From positions 1 through 64,000 of the IMG/VR virus record IMGVR_UViG_3300043112_000063: DNA of 64,000 nucleotides; one strand, given 5' to 3'. Position numbers and translations under genes: made by a program. Shown here in pieces: positions 58,799-64,000 of the stretch; position 1 is the stretch's first letter; every line of letters starts with the position of its first letter. The notes beneath the pieces are model-generated. The model had not been told where the DNA came from and made no database searches. It saw nothing but the letters and a program-made list of their open reading frames with translations. Source of the DNA: a virus.

Positions 58799-59875
58799 AT
58801 GCAGGAATTTACAATAGGAACGGTTGCTTTAGCAACCATAGTTAAAAGAGTATCAAAGGGTTTGGTTAAGAATAAGTTCTTGCCTTACTCTGGATATATT
58901 ATGATTAAAGGAACAGAAGAAGAATTAAGTTTTATTGTTAATGACGGAAGTAATGTATTTGTTCATAAAATTATAAAGGATTATGGTATTACAGAAGAGT
59001 TTAATGTTAGTGTCGACGGAGAAAGATTACTACAACTAGTTAGTAAACTACAAGAAGACAAAACAAAAATTAAAGTAGACGAAAAATTAGTTACTTTATA
59101 CTGTGGCGGAACATATTCGTTCCAAATAGAAACCGAATTAGTACCATATTCAACATTTGACGAACTTATGGAAGTAGAGGAAGGCGCTACACGAGAGGAT
59201 ATACCTACTATGGTACTACCTCCAATAAATAAGTTTGTTACAGCGCAAGCTGGTTTAAGTAAACTGGTTGTTGACACACGTTTAATGGGGTATTTAGTAG
59301 ACGATAAGGTAATTAACACCACAAACAGCTCTAAACTAAGTTGTGTAGAAACAGAAAAAGAAACAGACGATTCTTTTTATTTAACAACAAGAATGGTTGA
59401 CTTATATGGAACATTTACAGACGAGGAAGCAAATATTTATTGTAACAATGGAATTAACATTATTAAAACTCCAACAAAGTTAATTTATGGTCCTGTTCAG
59501 CCTGGACACGATACATTCCCAGCTATTGCTGGTGTATTAGCAACAGAGTTTGAACATACATTAGTTATAAACCAAAACGATTTGTTATCTGCTTTAGAAA
59601 GGTTACAAGTATTTAATGAAATCACTGTTTATTTTAATGTTAAAGATGGAGAAATTACGTTATCTTTAAATCCAAAAAAGAAAACGTTTGAACCTATTGG
59701 AACAACAGATGATACAGAACTAGAATACAGTAAACAATTTGATGCCGGAGATTTGAAAGAGTTGGTAGGTAAACACCAAGAAGATATTACTGTTCATTTT
59801 GGTAGCGATGATTTAGAAGCTATAAAATTAACTTCAGATGGATTGACACAATTATTAGCAAGTATGGAGGACTAA
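58799..59875 (+). CDS. DNA sliding clamp (DnaN-like)
   Basis: 358 aa, beta-clamp-like; LLSALERL; synteny. Confidence 0.65.
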   Translation: MQEFTIGTVALATIVKRVSKGLVKNKFLPYSGYIMIKGTEEELSFIVNDGSNVFVHKIIKDYGITEEFNVSVDGERLLQLVSKLQEDKTKIKVDEKLVTLYCGGTYSFQIETELVPYSTFDELMEVEEGATREDIPTMVLPPINKFVTAQAGLSKLVVDTRLMGYLVDDKVINTTNSSKLSCVETEKETDDSFYLTTRMVDLYGTFTDEEANIYCNNGINIIKTPTKLIYGPVQPGHDTFPAIAGVLATEFEHTLVINQNDLLSALERLQVFNEITVYFNVKDGEITLSLNPKKKTFEPIGTTDDTELEYSKQFDAGDLKELVGKHQEDITVHFGSDDLEAIKLTSDGLTQLLASMED

Positions 59876-59876
59876 A

Positions 59877-60722
59877 ATGGGATTAAAAGATTTAGCAAAG
59901 AAAATTGTATTATCGCAGTCAGAAAAAACACTTGGTCAAGAATTTGAAATGTACTATTATAAAACGGTGCTTTTACAACACCCACCAAGAGAACCAAAAG
60001 TAGATATGTTTAGTCCCAGCTCATTAAATAAATGTAGTAGAGAGATTTATTATATGATTAATGGTATTAAACCAGAACCAAATCTTAGTACACCAGAACA
60101 TTTATTAGGTAGTTGGGCTGCAATTACTGATGCGGGAACAGATAGACACGAAAGAATACAAACAACGTTAACAGAGATGAAAAAGACAGGTTTAGATATT
60201 GAATGGATAGACGTAGAGGAATACGTTAAGGAACATAAACCAGTTGGAACATCTGTTATTGAAAAAAGTGGTATGGAAACTAAACTATTTTCTGAATTAC
60301 TATCTGCTAGATTTCTTTGTGATGGAATAGTAAAATTAAAAGGTAAGTTTTATATTATTGAAATTAAAACTATGAATAGTAGAAAGTACGCTATTGCCGA
60401 AAATAAGAACTCTATGTTACCAGAACACTTAATGCAGGCAGCTGCTTACAGTACGGCATTAGGTATAGATGATGTGTTGTATATCTACGAAAATAGGGAA
60501 AATAACCAGATACGTGTTTATGAGAGACACGTTAGAGAAGAACACAAAAAAGCCGTTCTAAATAAGATTTTTGCAATTCAATCTTATAAAGAAAAAGGTG
60601 CAGTACCACCTAAATGTACTGACGATAAAAGATGTATGTATTGTAGTTATAAACAAAGATGTCAAGAAGATGGTTATACACCCAATTTATTTCCCGATTT
60701 GAAGATTGATATAGATGAATAG
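59877..60722 (+). CDS. Cas4-like/PD-(D/E)XK exonuclease
   Basis: SPSSLNKC, CDG..IEIKT, QAAAY, C-terminal CxxCxYxxxC. Confidence 0.8.
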   Translation: MGLKDLAKKIVLSQSEKTLGQEFEMYYYKTVLLQHPPREPKVDMFSPSSLNKCSREIYYMINGIKPEPNLSTPEHLLGSWAAITDAGTDRHERIQTTLTEMKKTGLDIEWIDVEEYVKEHKPVGTSVIEKSGMETKLFSELLSARFLCDGIVKLKGKFYIIEIKTMNSRKYAIAENKNSMLPEHLMQAAAYSTALGIDDVLYIYENRENNQIRVYERHVREEHKKAVLNKIFAIQSYKEKGAVPPKCTDDKRCMYCSYKQRCQEDGYTPNLFPDLKIDIDE

Positions 60723-61197
60723 TGGAAAATTATTTGAAGAGGACTTTAGACTATCGTGTAAGGATGAAGTAGCCATAACAAGATTATATGATGCCGTTGG
60801 GGGAATGAGTGGCGTTAAAAATATATGTGATTTTATTATTGGTTACTTCCCTTATACATTTTACTTAGAATTAAAATCTACAAGCACGGGAACATTACCA
60901 CTAAGAAACATTAGTGATAATCAGTATAAAGGACTTTTACAAATGTCTCAGTATAAAAATCAAGTGTGTGGTCTATTAATTAAGTACGCTAAGTTCGGGG
61001 AACATTATTTTGTACCGATTGAAGAAGTAAAACGTCTTAAATACAGCGATTTAAAATCAATATCTAGAGCACATATAAAAGCGGGAAAAGTTAAACACGT
61101 AGATTTTTGGTCTAGCATTAGACGAACAAGATTTGATTATAATTTTCATAAGTTTGTAAAAGAATACAATAAGGTTATGGTGAATAAAGATGGCTAA
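60715..61197 (+). CDS. recU: RecU-like Holliday junction resolvase
   Basis: GKLFEE, CDF, LELKST, NQY. Confidence 0.75.
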   Translation: MNSGKLFEEDFRLSCKDEVAITRLYDAVGGMSGVKNICDFIIGYFPYTFYLELKSTSTGTLPLRNISDNQYKGLLQMSQYKNQVCGLLIKYAKFGEHYFVPIEEVKRLKYSDLKSISRAHIKAGKVKHVDFWSSIRRTRFDYNFHKFVKEYNKVMVNKDG

Positions 61198-61660
61198 TAC
61201 GTATAATTTAGACCCTATATCAATACAATTATATGATACACAAAAGTTAACCGACATAATTATAGAATTAAGTAAAGAAGCCGCAGCACTTGTTTCTGAT
61301 AACAGTATAGAGTTAGCAAACAAAGTAGTTATTCTTAGTGATGTACAAACAATTATTGTAGAGTTACTTAGTAGGTATGAACTTAATTACGAAAATGCTA
61401 AGTTAAAAGCTGATGCAAAACAAGCAGTTGCTGCAAAGAAACATAGAGAAGATTGGGAAGCCGAACATCCTGGAGAAGGTAAGTTTCCAGCAAGTAAATA
61501 TTTTGAGGACTTAGCCAAAGACGATACATTAGAATTGTGGACGGATGTAAACGAAAGTAAAACTATGATGTCTAAGTTTAAAGGTTTTAGAAATAACTAC
61601 GAAACAAAAATTAATGCACTCAAAAAACTACTGTCTTCTTTAGAAGCAATTAGATATTAG
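61190..61660 (+). CDS. Hypothetical helical protein (possible recombination mediator)
   Basis: Coiled-coil; precedes recA. Confidence 0.55.
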   Translation: MANTYNLDPISIQLYDTQKLTDIIIELSKEAAALVSDNSIELANKVVILSDVQTIIVELLSRYELNYENAKLKADAKQAVAAKKHREDWEAEHPGEGKFPASKYFEDLAKDDTLELWTDVNESKTMMSKFKGFRNNYETKINALKKLLSSLEAIRY

Positions 61661-61668
61661 GAGGAAAG

Positions 61669-62670
61669 ATGGCTAAAAAAGATAAAGAACATATACAAGA
61701 AACACTTAAAGACATCAATAAGAGATTTGGTGAAGGAAGTGCTATGGTATTGGGAGACGGTAAATCTCTTGATGTAGAAAGGATATCTTCCGGAAGTTTA
61801 AATATAGACCGAATAACTGGTGGCGGATTGCCTATGGGAAGAGTAATTGAAATATATGGACCAGAGTCTAGTGGTAAAACAACACTAACACTTCACGCAA
61901 TAGTAGAGGCTCAAAAAGCCTACCCAGATATGTACGCAGCATTCATTGACGCAGAACACGCATTAGACCCTAAATATGCTAAGTCCATAGGTGTAGATTT
62001 TGAAAGGTTAATTATTACACAGCCGGATAGTGGAGAACAAGCACTTGAAATTGCCGAGGCTTACATTAGAAGTGGCGATGTTAGTATTGTTGTTATTGAT
62101 AGTGTAGACGCACTTACACCAGAAGCAACTTTACGTGGAGAAATGGGCGATACAAATATTGCTAGATTGGCTAGATTAATGTCTCAAGGCTTACGTAAAT
62201 TAACGGCTGCAATTAACAGAACGAAAACATTGGTTGTCTTTGTTAATCAAGTAAGGGAAAAAGTTGGTGTTATGTTTGGAAACCCAGAAACAACGCCAGG
62301 AGGAAGAGCCCTTAAATTCTATGCTACACAAAGACTTAGAATACAGAAACAGAATGACCCTAAAAATAAACTTGACAAACAAGGAGAAAAAGTTTCTGCT
62401 AAAGTCAAATGTATTAAAAACAAAGTTTCTAGACCATTTTTGGAGACTTTTATTACGATTGAGTTTGGTAAAGGAATTAATGTGGTTGGAGAAGTTTTAG
62501 ATTTAGCGATAGAATACGGAATTGTCGAAAGAAAAGGTTCTTGGTTTAGTTTAAATGGAGATAATATAGCCCAAGGACGCTCTTCTGTAATAGAACTTTT
62601 AGAAGAAGATAGTAAGTTGTACGACTACTTGCACAAGGAAGTTGAAAAACACATAAACAAACAGGAATAA
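61669..62670 (+). CDS. recA: Recombinase RecA
   Basis: GPESSGKTT, DAEHALDP, PETTPGGRALKFY. Confidence 0.97.
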   Translation: MAKKDKEHIQETLKDINKRFGEGSAMVLGDGKSLDVERISSGSLNIDRITGGGLPMGRVIEIYGPESSGKTTLTLHAIVEAQKAYPDMYAAFIDAEHALDPKYAKSIGVDFERLIITQPDSGEQALEIAEAYIRSGDVSIVVIDSVDALTPEATLRGEMGDTNIARLARLMSQGLRKLTAAINRTKTLVVFVNQVREKVGVMFGNPETTPGGRALKFYATQRLRIQKQNDPKNKLDKQGEKVSAKVKCIKNKVSRPFLETFITIEFGKGINVVGEVLDLAIEYGIVERKGSWFSLNGDNIAQGRSSVIELLEEDSKLYDYLHKEVEKHINKQE

Positions 62671-62772
62671 AGTAAATTATACCCTATACATTAACTGTAA
62701 AATATGGTATAATATAGGTATGTTAGGCGCTTTTTGGTTTAACAAATACTTAAATACGAAAAGGAGAATTAG

Positions 62773-63441
62773 ATGGAACAACAGGACATGAATATGGCGA
62801 CATTTAGCCCACAACCGCAAGTAGATGAGGACGGCTCAGTAATACTATTTTTATATGGAGGATTAACCGCCGAGTCTTCAAGTAAATTAATTAGTGAAAT
62901 ACTTGCATATGGTAATGCACCAAACATACAACTAAGAATTAAGACAAACGGTGGAGATATGGACGAGGCATTTGCGTTGTGGGATATTATACAAGAATAT
63001 AATATTAACACACATTTAGATGGATTTGGATTTAGTGGTGGCTTTATTGTTTTCTTAGCGGGAATCAATAGGACAATGGGTAAAAACGCTAAAATTATGC
63101 ACCACGAGATGAGATACCAACATAGTGGTACACTAACAAACCACCAACAATCAGCACAAGAATTTAGAAGAAGACAAGATAAAATTGACGAACTTATTAT
63201 GAGTAAAATAAATATTAGAAAAGATGCTTTAGAGGAATGGTACGAAAGAAGTGGAGATTGGTATATTGATTATGATTTAGCAGTTTCTCTTGGTATTGTT
63301 ACTCATGTTTTACAAATAGAAACACACAACGAAATGGTTGAAATAGACGGTATTGAAATGGAGATGCCTGTACGTTACTCAGAATATGTTCCTGTGGAGG
63401 ATGTATATGCAGTACACAAAAACGAGTCAGTTGAAGAGTAA
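62773..63441 (+). CDS. ClpP-like protease subunit
   Basis: IKTNGG, GFGFSGG (Ser), IMHHE (His), DWYI..AVSLGIV. Confidence 0.8.
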   Translation: MEQQDMNMATFSPQPQVDEDGSVILFLYGGLTAESSSKLISEILAYGNAPNIQLRIKTNGGDMDEAFALWDIIQEYNINTHLDGFGFSGGFIVFLAGINRTMGKNAKIMHHEMRYQHSGTLTNHQQSAQEFRRRQDKIDELIMSKINIRKDALEEWYERSGDWYIDYDLAVSLGIVTHVLQIETHNEMVEIDGIEMEMPVRYSEYVPVEDVYAVHKNESVEE

Positions 63442-63784
63442 ACGGAGAAAAAAGAAACAAAAAGATTTAGGTAAAATAACTGATGCAGTATATAAAAAAG
63501 TATTTAATAGGGACAAAAGACGTTGCGTTGTTTGTGGTGGTACTCGTGGATTAGAGTGTCATCACATTGTTCCGAGAAGTCGAGGGGGTATTGGAGAGCC
63601 TAGTAACTTGTGTATGTTATGTAAAGATTGTCATTATAACAAACTACACGGACAAGGAGACTACGATACGAAGTCACAAGTTTTTAGGTATATGATTAAA
63701 CTTGGATATAGTAAGTACTCTAATGATTTAGAAATACTAACCAAGAAACACAATCAATTGAGTACTGGGAGGAATAGTAAATGA
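63353..63784 (+). CDS. HNH endonuclease (true start probably ~63410)
   Basis: RDKRRCVVCG..HHIVPRSRGG..NLCMLCKDCH. Confidence 0.8.
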   Translation: MKWRCLYVTQNMFLWRMYMQYTKTSQLKSKRRKKKQKDLGKITDAVYKKVFNRDKRRCVVCGGTRGLECHHIVPRSRGGIGEPSNLCMLCKDCHYNKLHGQGDYDTKSQVFRYMIKLGYSKYSNDLEILTKKHNQLSTGRNSK

Positions 63785-64000
63785 ATTATAGAAAACTAAT
63801 AAGAGATAGTAATTTAACACAAGGCGAAGTTGCGGATATGATTGACATTAATAGGTCAACTTTATACAGATTTTTAAAAGACCCAGATAACCCAGCGAGA
63901 CATTACATTAAGGAGAAAATTGACCGATTATTTAGTGTAAAACCAACACCAAAAAAAGAGGTTGAAGAAGAACAGATTGATGAATTACCACCAGGAACTT
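63781..64000 (+). CDS. XRE/HTH transcription regulator (runs off the window end)
   Basis: MNYRKLIRDSNLTQGEVADMIDINRSTLYRFL; GGGAGG SD. Confidence 0.7.
   Translation, partial: MNYRKLIRDSNLTQGEVADMIDINRSTLYRFLKDPDNPARHYIKEKIDRLFSVKPTPKKEVEEEQIDELPPGT

Overview
This window is a 64-kb piece of an AT-rich tailed phage (siphovirus morphotype) read in the standard code. The host is probably a low-GC Bacillota or Mollicutes bacterium; that is an inference. Order: (1) 1-4.5 kb early-type region of promoter-gene-terminator cassettes with repeated spacer motifs; (2) short leftward operon; (3) HK97-type packaging/head genes, with a group I intron in terL, and tail genes; (4) holin-like genes with no endolysin visible; (5) a ~10-kb cluster of 25 tRNAs covering all 20 amino acids, plus tmRNA, a non-decoding tRNA-like RNA, candidate structured RNAs and accessory genes (Mom-like enzyme, YkuK, Csp, NADAR, Tmk); (6) replication and DNA-modification genes: SNF2 helicase with a class 3 intein, initiator, loader, DnaB, primase, intron-split PolA, clamp, RecU, RecA, and the 7-deazaguanine set queE/folE/queD/queC/dpdA. 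The main discovery is a ~1.27-kb island (3195-4464) with no GA or TC dinucleotide and only four GC. It is bounded by ACTACAAC repeats and holds its own promoter, GA-free Shine-Dalgarno sites and two genes encoding no Asp, Glu or Ala. One of these is a recoded paralogue of a normal gene 2.5 kb away. The best hypothesis is an expression cassette evolved to lack target sites of the phage's own DpdA guanine modification.
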